Positions 22,940-35,599 are shown, numbered from the whole stretch's first letter. The stretch: 63,419 nucleotides of DNA, filler included, from Octopus bimaculoides (GCF_001194135.2; 7 parts of 6 records of this genome joined end to end with filler, not necessarily neighbours in it), one strand, 5' to 3'. Numbers and translations are program-made. Notes: a model not told the origin generated them from the letters alone.

Positions 22940-23711
22940 ATCTCTTCCTCTTTCTTCCTGACTCTTTTCTCTCTATCTTGCGTACATGTCTATCTATTTT
23001 CGGCTCTAGTCTTCTCTCTTATTTAATTATTTATCTATATTCACCTCATATTTTCGCTCTCTTTTCATAACTTTTTTTGCCACTCTCTCCTTCTATTTAT
23101 CATTATCATTATTATTTTTGAAATAAGTACCAGTTACGCACTGTGGTCCATATAATCGACTAGCCCCCTTCCCTCAAAATATTTTCAAGGCCTTGTACCA
23201 AGAATAGAAATTATCGTCGTCGTCATCATCATCAACATCATCATCATTATTATATCTGTATAACACCCTTCTTCACTGTCTCCACCCCCTCTCTCGCTCG
23301 CTCTCTTTTTATTAGATTTGATGTGACTCTTTCTCCTTCTCTGTGTTCCTATAATCCTTTCTGTGATTCTCTCCGTGTCTCTCACCCTCTCTCCTCACTT
23401 GCATGTCTACCTCTTTCTCTCTTTCTCCATTTGCCTCTATTAATATCTCTTTCCCTGCTATTTACGTATCTACCTATCTATATTTATCTCGTTCTGTCAC
23501 ACCTCACTCTCTCCCTTTCTTTCTCCTTTTCTCTCTGTCCATCTGTTTCCATTTCTTTTCTCTGTCAGTCTATCTATACATTTATCTACCTACATACCTA
23601 CCTGTCTCTCTCTCTCCATCCATCTATCTCTTTCTCTCGCTCTCAGTCTCCCCCCTCTCTCTTTCTCTAACATGCACACACACACTATCTGTATGTGTGT
23701 GTGTGAGATAG

Positions 23712-23782
<71 letters not shown>

Positions 23783-23803
23783 NNNNNNNNNNNNNNNNNN
23801 NNN

Positions 23804-23855
<52 letters not shown>

Positions 23856-23914
23856 TGTGTGTGTGAGTGTGGCCTAGTAATACAACATTGAAAAAGATTC
23901 ATAATGTTTTTCTG

Positions 23915-23948
23915 TCTCCGATGAAGGACTTGTGTACGAAACGTCGGA
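23915..23948 (+). ncRNA. Degenerate minimal hammerhead-like motif of a second family
   Basis: TCT-CCGATGA-A-GGAC/TTGT/GTAC-GAAA-CGTC-GGA: one core change (U4 to C), one stem II mismatch, ACGT palindrome, GUC triplet. Confidence 0.45.
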
Positions 23949-25924
23949 ATTTTGCGTTCACGACAACATATCAACTAAAATAATTTTGCCTGTATGTATG
24001 TATGTATGTATGTATGTATGTATGCATGCAAGTATGTATGTATATGTATGTGTGTATGTGTATGTGTGTATGCATGTGTATGTGTATGTATGTATGTATG
24101 TATGTATGTATGTATGTATGTGTATGCGTATGTATGTATGTATGTATGTGTGTATGTATGTATGTATGTATGTATGTATGTATGTATGCGTGCTATCTAT
24201 TCTGCTATTTACGTATCCATGTTGTGCTGAGGTACCAACAGCCGGAGGCAAGCTCACGATTCATATATCACACGCAGTATTCAATAAACTATGGAAAACA
24301 AAAACAAGATAATGAAATTCTGAAAGCTTAGATCTATGTGTTAAGTAACACAGATACAGGTAAAAGCCTGAAAGCTACAGAATGGCATTTTTCTTGTCAC
24401 TATCGGTGAAAATGTTCAGCAGAATCGTCTTTGATGGAATAAAACGTAAAACCGGAGAAACGGCAGGAGAGACTATGAAACTAATTGTTTCCTGAATTCT
24501 TAGCCAAGAATCGAAACGTTAGCCTAGATTTTTCTGCCAGCTTATTTCCTTTGTTCTCGGCATTAACACTTAGAAATTTGTAAGGGTCAACCGTCAAACT
24601 TTGATAAGTTCTATTGTTTCAGGCAACATTCTTGGGTTAAATACGGGTGAACGTATATAAACTAATTTACTTCTCATTGTTCTCCGAACTGCATTCACCT
24701 TTCCAACATGTATAAAGACGAACCCTCTTGGAATATTTGGCAAACAGTCGTTTCCGCTTTCAGAAGCCGCACGTCTTTCTCTTTCTGGCAAACAACCTCT
24801 TCCTGACACCGGCAACAAACGCAGTTATTACCAAAGGTGCAACACTTTCGCTTTGACATTGCTATTTTTTCTTACCACCTTAAAACAGTAGACTACTACA
24901 ACTTTTTGTATACTGACTCTAACATCGAATTCACAGAAATTAAAATCTGCAAGAAATAACGGTCTTCTTTCTGTTTATTTTTTTATTGTGCATATTACAC
25001 TGCCTTAGGGAGTTGTAACGGTTGAAATTGTTTTGATGAAGGTTGAGATTTATTGCGATGGCAAGTTGTAAGATGTGAACGATGAACAATGCATGAAGTT
25101 TTAAGGAAATATTTATTTACCCGTTACATTATACAATACCTTGCCCCGACGGGCAGGTGATAAACTCGTAAAGCATGCGAAGTAAACATAGGTGTCGTAG
25201 ATTTTTCTTGTATAGTTTGTCTACACATCTTAGCAGTAGTTCACAGAAAGAGATAGAGTGATGCTGTAAGAGAACAGAATTAGAGCTAGTGAGAGTGAGA
25301 CAGTGTGGGACGAAATAACTGCATCGTCGGCGAGATACCATAGTTGTTCTTTTTCCATTTCTCTTTTGAGATGGCGTTTTGTTCAGCCGGTCAGCCAGTC
25401 TCCGTTCTCACTAACTGAGTTGTCACCAAGTGACTAACTTATTTCTTTATTTGTCAATGAATGACATACAGAGAGGAGACAATACAAGACATTTAGGTTT
25501 GGCAGTTATGACTGTCTTTTGCTTGCGGTTTCTTGTTTTTATAACTATTCAGAAGGATAGACATATTGTTGAGAACAACAGGTTTAGTTGGTGGTCTTGT
25601 TATCTTAATTCTAGCTTTTGGTGAAGTAGAAGCGGTTATAAGAGTCAAGTGGTGAAGACATTATTTCGGCCTAGCTAGGCATCTGGCAAATGTAAAACTG
25701 CTGTCAGAGAAAAACTATTGTTTTACCGTGAGAAAAGTTCTGTTGAAGTGTTAATTTAAATTTGGTCATGGTGGATCGAACCCACTTCATGCTTGCAAGA
25801 TTCACTACAGAGTTTAAATGATTTAACAGTAACATATTTAGTTGCAAGTTGTTCTGCTTTAGACAAAGTGGTGGCCACAGTTGATGCCATTTTTATAGTC
25901 AGAAAATTGTTTCATATTTTGGTA

Positions 25925-26342
25925 CAATGCTGGCAATTTTGAGTTGAGGGGGTTTAGGTGATAACACTGACCTCAGTGCTTGACCGATATTTTATTCTAT
26001 CCGACCCAAAATGATGAAAGGCAAAGTTGACTTCAGTGGGATTTGAACTCAGAACGTAGAGACGGAACAAATGCGACGAAGCATTTTGTCCGATGCACTA
26101 CCGATCCTACCAGCTCCCTGCCTTCGGTTTCACATTTCGGTACGAGGATGGCAATTTTGTTTTAAGGAGCAAGGAGAATGCGATTACATCGATTCTAGTA
26201 TTTGGTTGGTACTCTATCTGATCGGCCCCCAAAGGGTGGAAATATAAAGTCGACTCGGCGGAATCTGAACACAGAGTAAAAAGAGCCGGGAGAAATGCTG
26301 CTAAGTATTTTATTCGATGCGCTACCGATTCTACCAGCTCTT
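25925..26342 (-). mobile_element. Two adjacent degenerate family B SINEs
   Basis: Two runs of AAAGGCAAAGTTGAC / AAAGTCGACTCGGCGGAAT(T/C)TGAAC...CGATTCTACCAGCTC. Confidence 0.7.
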
Positions 26343-27179
26343 GTCGATTTAGTTAAATAGATAACTGAAAAAAAAAAAAGAACACCAAGTACCCTATTTC
26401 TTCAACTTGATCGACTTGAGATCTGTTTCCGACACTATTCAGAGGAAGGCCCAGTGGGAGGCGATGGTAGCAATACGAGATTTAGACCCCTAGACAGTGC
26501 GAATTACTGAGGCACTATTACAACACCACCTAACATGCTGTGGTCATTTACGATCAACTGAACGATTGTAGTACAAATGGATCGGAGACAAGGTTGCACG
26601 CTATCTCAATCCCTTTTAAAAATTCTCATGGACTGGAGTGGTCATAAGAGAATTCATGATCTTCGTCCCGTCAGAATTTTTTCAAATATTCATCACTGAT
26701 GTAGTTTTGCACAACAATGACGGAAATCAGATTAATTTTTCCATTGAAATTTTTAAATTAAAACAATTACAAACTTTTGAAAGGTTAAAATTTTACTTAA
26801 TCGAAAGCCTCCATTATCGAAATGCCGGAATCGCATTTGTCGGTTGGCTGTAGAATTGTCATCTGTTTTCAGAACATCAACAATAACCACATTTATTTTT
26901 TCTTTTTGGCCAGGATTTTGAACCGATGCAGCAAGCTGTGTTTCTTTTTTATTGTCATTTTAAAATCAATTTTTTAATTTTACAAAATAGATGCCTTATG
27001 AACGAATTTCGGAAATTTGGTGGCTAAAACGAAGGCAAAGTATGATGTAGCAAAGTTTTATGAAGACGAAGAAGTGATACCGAAGAAGATGTGTTATACG
27101 CCAGGTTATACGCCATGAATATGAAAGTAGTTGTTGACGGCAGCAAGTATTGGCACTGAAACAAAATAACTATTTCTAC

Positions 27180-27316
27180 TGTAGGCACAAGGATTTGAAA
27201 ATTTTTGGGGAAGGGGCCTAGTCAATTATATCGATTCCAATGCGTAACTGGTACTTATTTCAGCGACCCCGAAAGGATGAAAGGCAAAGTCGACCTCGGC
27301 AGCATTTGAACTCAGA
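27180..27316 (-). mobile_element. Family B SINE, 3' part
   Basis: CTGGTACTTATTTCAGCGACCCCGAAAGGATGAAAGGCAAAGTCGACCTCGGCAGCATTTGAACTCAGAA. Confidence 0.8.
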
Positions 27317-27641
27317 AAAACGTTATTCAAAATTTTATTGAACCCAAGCAGAATTATTACAGAAAGCGTTTAGTTTTTATCTTCTACTGGTTTCAGTTAT
27401 TTGTCTGCGGTCATGCTGGAGCACCTCTTTGAAGGGTTTAGTCGAACAAATTGACCCCAGTAATTGGTATTTTTTCTAAATCTTGTACTTTTTCTATCGA
27501 ACACTTTTGACTGAACTGCTCAGTGATATGGAGGAAAATAAATCAACACCGTTTTGTCGAGCAGTGGTGGGATGAAAGACACACACACAGATTCATATAT
27601 ATATATATACGACAGGCTTCTTACAGTTTCCGTTTGCATAC
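27315..27641 (+). repeat. Local direct duplication, copy 1 (non-SINE flank + family A SINE tail)
   Basis: Aligns with 29415-29762 at roughly 90% identity by eye, including the non-SINE flank GAAAAACGTTATTCAAAAT.TTATTGAACCCAA.CAGAATTATTA.AGAAAGCG. Confidence 0.85.
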
Positions 27642-27919
27642 CACTAAGCATTTCGCTCGGTGTGCAAACGATTCTGCCAGCTCGCCACCTTGCTGAAACA
27701 AAATAACGGCCGCGAATATATGTCTGTGAGGAAAGGCAATATGACCGGAAGGTGGATGTATTCCTCTTAGAACTTAGAACTGTGGCCTTCTTTCTTTATT
27801 CCTGACATCTGTCCATTTTTGTGCCGGGGAAATAGGAATTAACAACAATACAGCTATTGATTACAACCGCGACTTTGTCTCTAAAGTATATGCGAACCAC
27901 TGACTCTGCAACCCATCAA

Positions 27920-28400
27920 AAGCTGGTAATCTGTGAACAATTCTCGAAACTGGTGAAACAATATTCTTAACAAAACACAAACAGAGGAAACTGTTACCTG
28001 AACAGTGAGGTTGTCAACGGTGTGTGTCGCGGTGAACGACAGGTATTCCTCTACGCTGTACCTTGTAGCAATCGTGAAACACTGGAAGAGTGCTTTCGTC
28101 AGTTGGTTCTGCCAGGAACAACTATATACAGCGAGTTTTGGTGAGTATATTTGCACACACATCTAAGATAGCGAGCTACACCTTTGTATGCCGAAGAGTA
28201 AACTGCAGTGTTGGCTTTGTTACTTCGCAAAACAGAGGACTTACACATGAGTAGAAAAGCATTGGGTCTGTTTCAAGCAAGAAAATAAACGACGTTGTGG
28301 CATTCATTGTTCTACCATCGATTCGTGTCTCTGTAAGTTCATTTGGTGCCGAACGTATGGAAATTGTGATCCCTTTGAAAAACTGTTCAAGAGTTATACT
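27920..28400 (+). mobile_element. Merlin/ISXO2-like (IS1595 family) DDE transposase pseudogene fragment
   Basis: Frameshifted peptides GETIFLTKHKQRKLLPEQ*, NGVCRGERQVFLYAVPCSNRETLEECFRQLVLPGTTIYSEFW*, VNCSVGFV and VEKHWVCFKQENKRRCGIHCSTIDSCLCKFIWCR...DPFEKLF follow the Merlin consensus (DES..., ILPGT.I.SD.W, VNHS..FV, .ES.W, YL.EF.WR, DPF). Confidence 0.8.
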
Positions 28401-29050
28401 ACCATTCCGTTGTCATTGACTTGTTTCCTTTCGAAGCCCATTCGTTGCTTCCAATAAATCTTATACCACCAGCGGCTCTCGCACCTCCTGCTTTTTCCAG
28501 CTTCACGACGCCTCCATCTTTCAATTTTTCAAATGTTCGTAACTTTTTTATTCGTAAAATATTTTCGGAAAATGAATGTGGTTTTCATCATTATGATGCA
28601 AAAGCTATATTAATGTAAAAAAAAAAAGAAAACGAAAAATTCCGACAGCACAAAGGAAACCATAAAGATTATGCGAAGACAACTCTGAGCGTTTCAGTTT
28701 TGTTACAAACCTCGGGGAAATGTAGTTATATCTGTACACTGCAGAGCCTTGATGACTGGCAGGATATAAATATCTTGAATAATTAAACAAAATTTTAAAG
28801 TTATAACAAAAGAATAACATGAATAAGGAAAGAATTTATCCTGAGATGCCATCTGCACGATCAGTAAATACTTAAGTGAGTTCTAACATAATGCAGTGCG
28901 CCAAAATTGTTTAGATTAATTAAAATTACTGGTGTAGTGAGGAGGAAACAAAAAGACATTAGCTAAATGATTAATTCTGGTCATAACGGGCAAGGGAGAC
29001 AACCACCGAAGTATAAATTTCTCTCTAGCTTGCATATATTTATCTATGAT

Positions 29051-29138
<88 letters not shown>

Positions 29139-29414
29139 GCACGCACACACTCACATATATACATACATGCTGTGACTCGATACACAATTGTCAAGTAGTG
29201 AGAAACTTGATATCGACGGAAAACAGATCTGTTATTTTAGTTTCATGGCAACTAGGTGGGTGAAACGTGTATGCTTGATCGGGTAACACGAAACTTGAAT
29301 AACGTATATATATATTTCTTAAACGCAATATAAAGCTGTGTTGCTCAATCGGGCACCACAGCTGCTTAAAAATATGATGTAGTGTTTTAGAAAACCAATA
29401 TCAGAAATTCTCTT

Positions 29415-29657
29415 GAAAAACGTTATTCAAAATCTTATTGAACCCAAACAGAATTATTAAAGAAAGCGCTTAGTTGTCATCTTTTACTGGTTTCAATTAT
29501 TTGACTGCGGTCATGCTGGGGCACCTCTTTGAAGGGCTTAGTCGAACAAATTGACCCCAGTAATCGGTGTTTCTTTTTAAATCTTCTACTTTTTCTATCG
29601 AACACTTTTGGCTGAACTGCTCAATGATATGGACGAAAATAAATCAACACCGTTTTG

Positions 29658-29719
<62 letters not shown>

Positions 29720-29762
29720 TCAGATATATACGACGGGTTTCCTACAGTTTCCGTTTGCATAC
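29415..29762 (+). repeat. Local direct duplication, copy 2
   Basis: See 27315-27641; the start offset is exactly 2100 bp, and the (CA)n linker is longer in this copy. Confidence 0.85.
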
Positions 29763-30069
29763 GACGTGCGTCTGTAATTCGGTCTCTATTACCCTCTAAG
29801 ATTGAGAAACTCTGGTATAAACAGAAAACAAAGTGTGATGTGCGTGCACAGGCACACGTGTGCGCGCGCGTATTATGTGTCACAGTGCCTAAGACTCAAT
29901 ATGAAGAATGTAGAGTCAACATAAATACTTTACCAATGATAGCAGCTTGTCAACTGATGTTACCAACAGTTTCCTCTGCAAAATGCAGATGCAAATGAAG
30001 ATGCAAATGAATGTTGCTGTTAATTTTCTGCGGATGTTAAATGTGTCTGCCTTTAATATTCTGATTATT

Positions 30070-30390
30070 TACGGCGGCGAACTGGTAGAACTGTTAGCAT
30101 ACCGGATAAAATGTTTAGCGACGTTTCGTCCGTCTTACATTCTGAGTTCAAATTCCACCATCCTTTCGGGGTCGATAAAATAATTATACCAATCAAGCAC
30201 TGGGATCGATGTAATCGACTTAACCCCTCCCTTCAAAAATTACTTAGCGTAACTTAGCGGTTCGGCAAGTGAGACCGTTAGAATAAGTACTAGGCTTACA
30301 AAGAATAAGTCCTGGGGGTCGATTTGCTCGACTAAAGGTGGTGCTCTATCATGGCCGTAGTCAAATGACTGAAACAAGTAAAATAAACAA
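30070..30390 (+). mobile_element. Family B SINE followed by a family A tail module
   Basis: GGCGGCGAACTGGTAGAACTGTTAGC...CTGAGTTCAAATTCC...GATGTAATCGACTTA, then AACTTAGCGGTTCGGCAAG...GACTGAAACAAGTAAAA. Confidence 0.75.
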
Positions 30391-30679
30391 TATATGCGCA
30401 TAAATTACGATTAAACCGGATGAAATATGTCACGGATCTATTTCAAAACGGGGGCACCAGTATTTTCTTAACGAAACACTAACGAAACACTTTGAAACTT
30501 GGGACACTAGTAGAATGTGTCATATAAAACATCTTTTACTCTTAATCTTCTTAACAAAAAAATCTACATCGCAAGTTATTTCATGTTAAAGTTGTCGTAT
30601 TTCTGTAATTTCAACCAATCACTGACGTCTATTCAGCTGAATAGAGTTACTGCTGGGCGGTCATAAAAATGTTATCCCC

Positions 30680-30880
30680 TATATGTTTGTATTTGTGTGT
30701 CTGTGTTTGTTCCCCCACCCATCTCTTGACAACCGATGTTGGTGTGTTTGCGTCTCCGTAACCTAACGGTTCGGCAAAAGAGACTAGGCTTACAAAGAAT
30801 AAGTCCTGGGGTCGATTTGTTCGACTAAAGGTGGTGCTCCAGCATGGGCGCAGTCAAATGACCGTAACAAGTAAAAGAAT
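30680..30880 (+). mobile_element. Family A tail module
   Basis: TTGACAACCGATGTTGGTG...TAGGCTTACAAAGAATAAGTCCTGGGGTCGATTTG...GGTGCTCCAGCATGG. Confidence 0.8.
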
Positions 30881-32084
30881 AAGGAAAGGAATTTTTTTTA
30901 AATGCTAGATCTTAGCAAAATAATACAGAGGAATGAAATAGTCTTAAACTTTCGAGGCAAGAACGCATCGGTTCGNNNNNNNNNNNNNNNNNNNNNNNNN
31001 NNNNNNNNNNNNNNNNNNNNNNNNNNNNNNNNNNNNNNNNNNNNNNNNNNNNNNNNNNNNNNNNNNNNNNNNNNNNNNNNNNNNNNNNNNNNNNNNNNNN
31101 NNNNNNNNNNNNNNNNNNNNNNNNNNNNNNNNNNNNNNNNNNNNNNNNNNNNNNNNNNNNNNNNNNNNNNNNNNNNNNNNNNNNNNNNNNNNNNNNNNNN
31201 NNNNNNNNNNNNNNNNNNNNNNNNNNNNNNNNNNNNNNNNNNNNNNNNNNNNNNNNNNNNNNNNNNNNNNNNNNNNNNNNNNNNNNNNNNNNNNNNNNNN
31301 NNNNNNNNNNNNNNNNNNNNNNNNNNNNNNNNNNNNNNNNNNNNNNNNNNNNNNNNNNNNNNNNNNNNNNNNNNNNNNNNNNNNNNNNNNNNNNNNNNNN
31401 NNNNNNNNNNNNNNNNNNNNNNNNNNNNNNNNNNNNNNNNNNNNNNNNNNNNNNNNNNNNNNNNNNNNNNNNNNNNNNNNNNNNNNNNNNNNNNNNNNNN
31501 NNNNNNNNNNNNNNNNNNNNNNNNNNNNNNNNNNNNNNNNNNNNNNNNNNNNNNNNNNNNNNNNNNNNNNNNNNNNNNNNNNNNNNNNNNNNNNNNNNNN
31601 NNNNNNNNNNNNNNNNNNNNNNNNNNNNNNNNNNNNNNNNNNNNNNNNNNNNNNNNNNNNNNNNNNNNNNNNNNNNNNNNNNNNNNNNNNNNNNNNNNNN
31701 NNNNNNNNNNNNNNNNNNNNNNNNNNNNNNNNNNNNNNNNNNNNNNNNNNNNNNNNNNNNNNNNNNNNNNNNNNNNNNNNNNNNNNNNNNNNNNNNNNNN
31801 NNNNNNNNNNNNNNNNNNNNNNNNNNNNNNNNNNNNNNNNNNNNNNNNNNNNNNNNNNNNNNNNNNNNNNNNNNNNNNNNNNNNNNNNNNNNNNNNNNNN
31901 NNNNNNNNNNNNNNNNNNNNCACTAACGAGTGCCACACCACTACAGCACTGCCACCGCCACCACCCCTACTACTGCCTCTACACCGCCGCCACCACCCCT
32001 ACATAAGCCGAGCACCATTATGACTATATTTTGCCCTATTGTAATTTAATCTGTCTTTCCTGATTTTAACTTCCACCTCGTAAT

Positions 32085-32306
32085 CTTCCCTCTCCCTCTC
32101 TCCCTCTCTCTCTCACTCTATTTATCTTCCTTCCTTCCTTCCTTCTTTCCTTCCTTCTTTCCTTCCTTCCTTCTTTCTTCCTTCCTTTCTTTCTTTCTTT
32201 CATGCGTTCATTCGTTCGTCCTTTCATTCATTTTCTTTTCTTTACTCTTTTCTCTCTTAATCTTTTCTTCTTTCCTGCCTTTATATTTCACATCGTCTCC
32301 CCCTTT

Positions 32307-32342
<36 letters not shown>

Positions 32343-32505
32343 GCTTTCTTTCTTCCCGTCTTCATTTTTCATTCTGTTATTCGTCTTACACGTCCCTCCT
32401 TTACTTTCTCTTTGTCTTCCTTCTTTATTTGCTTCCTTCCTTCCTTATTTTCTTTCTTCATTCCTTCCTTTCCCTTCTTCCTTCCTTCCTTCCTCTCTTT
32501 CTTCA
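32085..32505. repeat. Polypyrimidine (CTTC/CTTT)n tract
   Basis: Directly visible. Confidence 0.85.
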
Positions 32506-33129
32506 ATTAAATTCATAAATCCTCACCCACGTTAACTTAGTCTAGTCGCGATACCGCACTCGCCACTTAGGTGGGAACCTGGCATAACAACCTTTTTAAA
32601 AAAGGGTTGCTTGGCATAACTACTTAAAAGGAGGCGCTTGGAATAACAACAACTCCTTAGAAAAGGGCGCTGCAAAAAAAAAGAAAGAAAAGAAAAAAAG
32701 GGCGGGTAAGAACCACTTTTCTAGAGCCATCAAGGGAGCCTCGACATGATTGCTTGGTCTACTAAAAATAGCAACTAGTTCTTCCTCAAATCACATTCTA
32801 CAGTCTCGAATAAAGAAAAACAATGCAGAGAGAGTCACGGCTGGAAATACCTTTGATTATAAGTCTGCTTGATCAGCATCGAACTAAATCTGTTATCTGC
32901 TATCTTCATATAACTGTTCCGGTTATGATTTCAAGACTTTAAATTATTTTGGTGGGGACGGAGAGAGGGGTTAGTCGATTACATTTATCCCCAGTGAATA
33001 ACTGGTACATTGTTCTACGAAAGGTAAAGTTTACTTCGTTGGGATTTGAAATCAGAACAGAAAAAGCCGAAGAAAATATTGCAAAGTATTTTGTCCGGCG
33101 AATGGGTGGAGTAGTTAGAATGTCTCTTT

Positions 33130-33930
33130 AAGTTGTCCACCTATTCGGCATCCAAACCACTCTTATGTAATGATATATCGAAGCCGTACCCCAAGTTTTA
33201 GGTGTAGCTTCCATCCATGACAACCTCCAGCTCAGTTTTGAGTGAGACTGTCCGCTCTTGTCGTCATCCCGCCTGTGCAAGTTGGATGGAACCAAATTCC
33301 GGAATGCTTTTAAACAGATTTGTGGGTCAGCGGTAAGCAGATCTTTGGGCCAGTATGGTCTTGCCTTTCTAGGTTCGAACCTGATAATTTGCTCTTGTTT
33401 ATCTCCCATTGTCACTATCACATATTCTTCCAGTTTAACAAAGATTTCCCCTGATTCGAACTCCATGTAACCAAATTGTCGTTCTTCTATAGAATCACTA
33501 TCAGCGCCAGTTTTAGGCATAAACCGAAAAAAGCATTAGCTCAGACCCTCAAAATAATTAAAAAGCATTTATGTTTTCAAATTCCAAAAGACATTCTAAT
33601 GTAATTTATCAAGAAGGCGTCTCCAGGTTTTAAATAGATTAATGCCTCACCAAGTCTAAATCAAGTTCTGACCGTTGCTTATTTGTGCCTCTCCGTACAA
33701 CCAGCGTACGAGTATTGAGTTCCAGAACCCAACCATGCAAAATCGAGGAAAGAGAACGCACTTGATGGACAGAGAACGTGATGCTGAAGTTTCTAATTGG
33801 CAGCCATTCATTCTAACACTCTTTTGCTATTGGTATCAAAATCGACTGTACTTAGGACAGGTATCAAGTATTTCTGCGCAACCGTGTCGAACGCGTTCTA
33901 TTGATATAAATTGGCCAGGGTTCTAACGAA
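33130..33930 (-). mobile_element. Decayed Tx1/L1-like LINE reverse-transcriptase region
   Basis: Minus-strand frameshifted peptides LANLYQ*NAFDTVAQKYLIPVL (cf. LDQSKAFDRV.H.YL..VL), FESGEIFVKLEEYVIVT, EINKSKLSGSNL (cf. KIN.EKS.GL.LG) and GIWFHP...TRADSLTQN*A (cf. GVWFGP...RV..LTQ.W). Confidence 0.55.
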
Positions 33931-34702
33931 ACGCGATGTATTTCATACTTTCACTGTCCAAGAGAGATATACCTGAAATTATACACGTTTGGGCAGATCG
34001 AGAAATACCAAAGACAAAATGCCGATCTCTTAGCATCTTGGTTAAAAAGATTTAGTTCAGTGTTTTAGCTTATATAAGATTCATATCTAATAAGGCCTTT
34101 CATCCTCTCCAGCTCACAGGACTTAAGCATTCTGTCCATCGTGCGAACGATTCTGTCAGCTCACCCCTTTATTAAATGCATTAATTAATATCAGTTTTTA
34201 CTTAGTTCTCTCACTAATCTTGCTACCATAGACTATCTATGTCTGAAACGTTACTTACAGTAACCAAGTTCCTATCTAAGTTGACAGTATAGATCTGTGT
34301 AATGAAGCAGCTTAATGTTTCTTATGAAGGAAAACCCCTTTGTTTAAATGAATGTTCGCACGGACCCAGGTCTGCCTATTCAACAATCCAATTTTATAAC
34401 TTATCAGCGGATTTTTCTACACAGTTTTATCTTGCAATGGAATATACAATGAAATGAAATAAAATAAATAGCTGTATAAAGCCTTTTAGTAGTGACAAAT
34501 GGATGCGTTACCACATTAACAATGTGATAAGTGAGAGTTTGGTTGAATAAGAAGAGTAATCATTCGTTTTCAATTCATCATCTGTTTTACTGTTAAAAGC
34601 TTGTATGGAATGCGACGGTTCCAAGGAAAGAAAACAACAAGGATATATCGCCACGACTGTTAAAAATAACTAAACTTGTCAAACGCATTCACAATGAATG
34701 CC

Positions 34703-35341
34703 GATTTTCACTTATGCTACAAAACGGAAGTGACGTAGAGTCTGTAAATGTCTAAGCCGACACACAACAGATATAAATATTGTTTACATTTGATGTCTAT
34801 TATGATTAAATAATTTAAATATTTCACGGAAAATTTTATAAACATAAAACACTAAGCTTGATTAAACTGCTTCAATCGCGGTTTTTTTTTGTTTTTTTTA
34901 CAAGATTAATTAAATTGACTTAATTTAAGTTTTGTAGTATATTTTATAAACATAGAACATTATGATTAATCAAACTAATTTAATTATCGTTTAAAAGTAT
35001 ATTTCATTGTTTTTACATGGTGACTTCTAAGATTAATTGAATTCGCTTAATGATCGTTTCTATTAAATTTTTTAATCAATTATAATTAAATATTTCGATT
35101 AGTTCATATATGTTTTGGACATATTTGACCCGTAAAAACGTAATTTTTCATCGCAGTTTACTACGGAGAAAATTCTTGCTTTAGGCAATAGTTGTCAAAA
35201 TACCATTAAAATATACAGTATGTCGACTGTTAAGGCACTTCCATGGGTAAACAATGGCTACAATTGTATCTAGGAAATCCATCAGCGAAGACGGTTGCAT
35301 TCTCTACGTCACTTCCGTGTTTCGTACCGGAGATGAAAGTC
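34703..35341. mobile_element. MITE-like element bounded by about 50-bp imperfect inverted repeats with a perfect 16-bp core
   Basis: CGGAAGTGACGTAGAG (34725-34740) and CTCTACGTCACTTCCG (35302-35317); similarity extends outwards to GATTTTCA / TGAAAGTC; very AT-rich interior. Confidence 0.6.
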
Positions 35342-35599
35342 AGTATGTTGGGACAAATTAACCTTTCAAAATATAATCTCAGTTTTTAAACAATCTAAAC
35401 TATTGTTTTAGAGCCGTTAAAAAAAAAACCTTATTCCTAAATTTGCTTGATTAATAAAGTATGATTAATAAAACAGAAACCATTTGTTCTTTTTCCTAAT
35501 ATTTTTAAAAGAAAAATTTAACTTTAAAAACAGTTTATTTTAACTGCTAAATTTTTCTTTGTCTTTTTTTTCTTTTTTTTTTCACCAACATGACACAAA

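Noticed and set aside
25067-25491. Solo LTR (TG...CA)
   Set aside because: No target-site duplication and no second LTR, PBS or PPT; it may be a repeat but cannot be supported here.
8237-32671. CRISPR-like arrays (the minisatellites at 8237, 12385 and 32580)
   Set aside because: Tandem units without unique spacers, no cas genes, and a eukaryotic context.
33128-33520. 130-aa ORF as an orphan gene
   Set aside because: Its peptides and alternative frames follow the post-YADD part of a Tx1/L1-like RT, and an upstream AFD motif lies in the same orientation; better explained as a decayed LINE.
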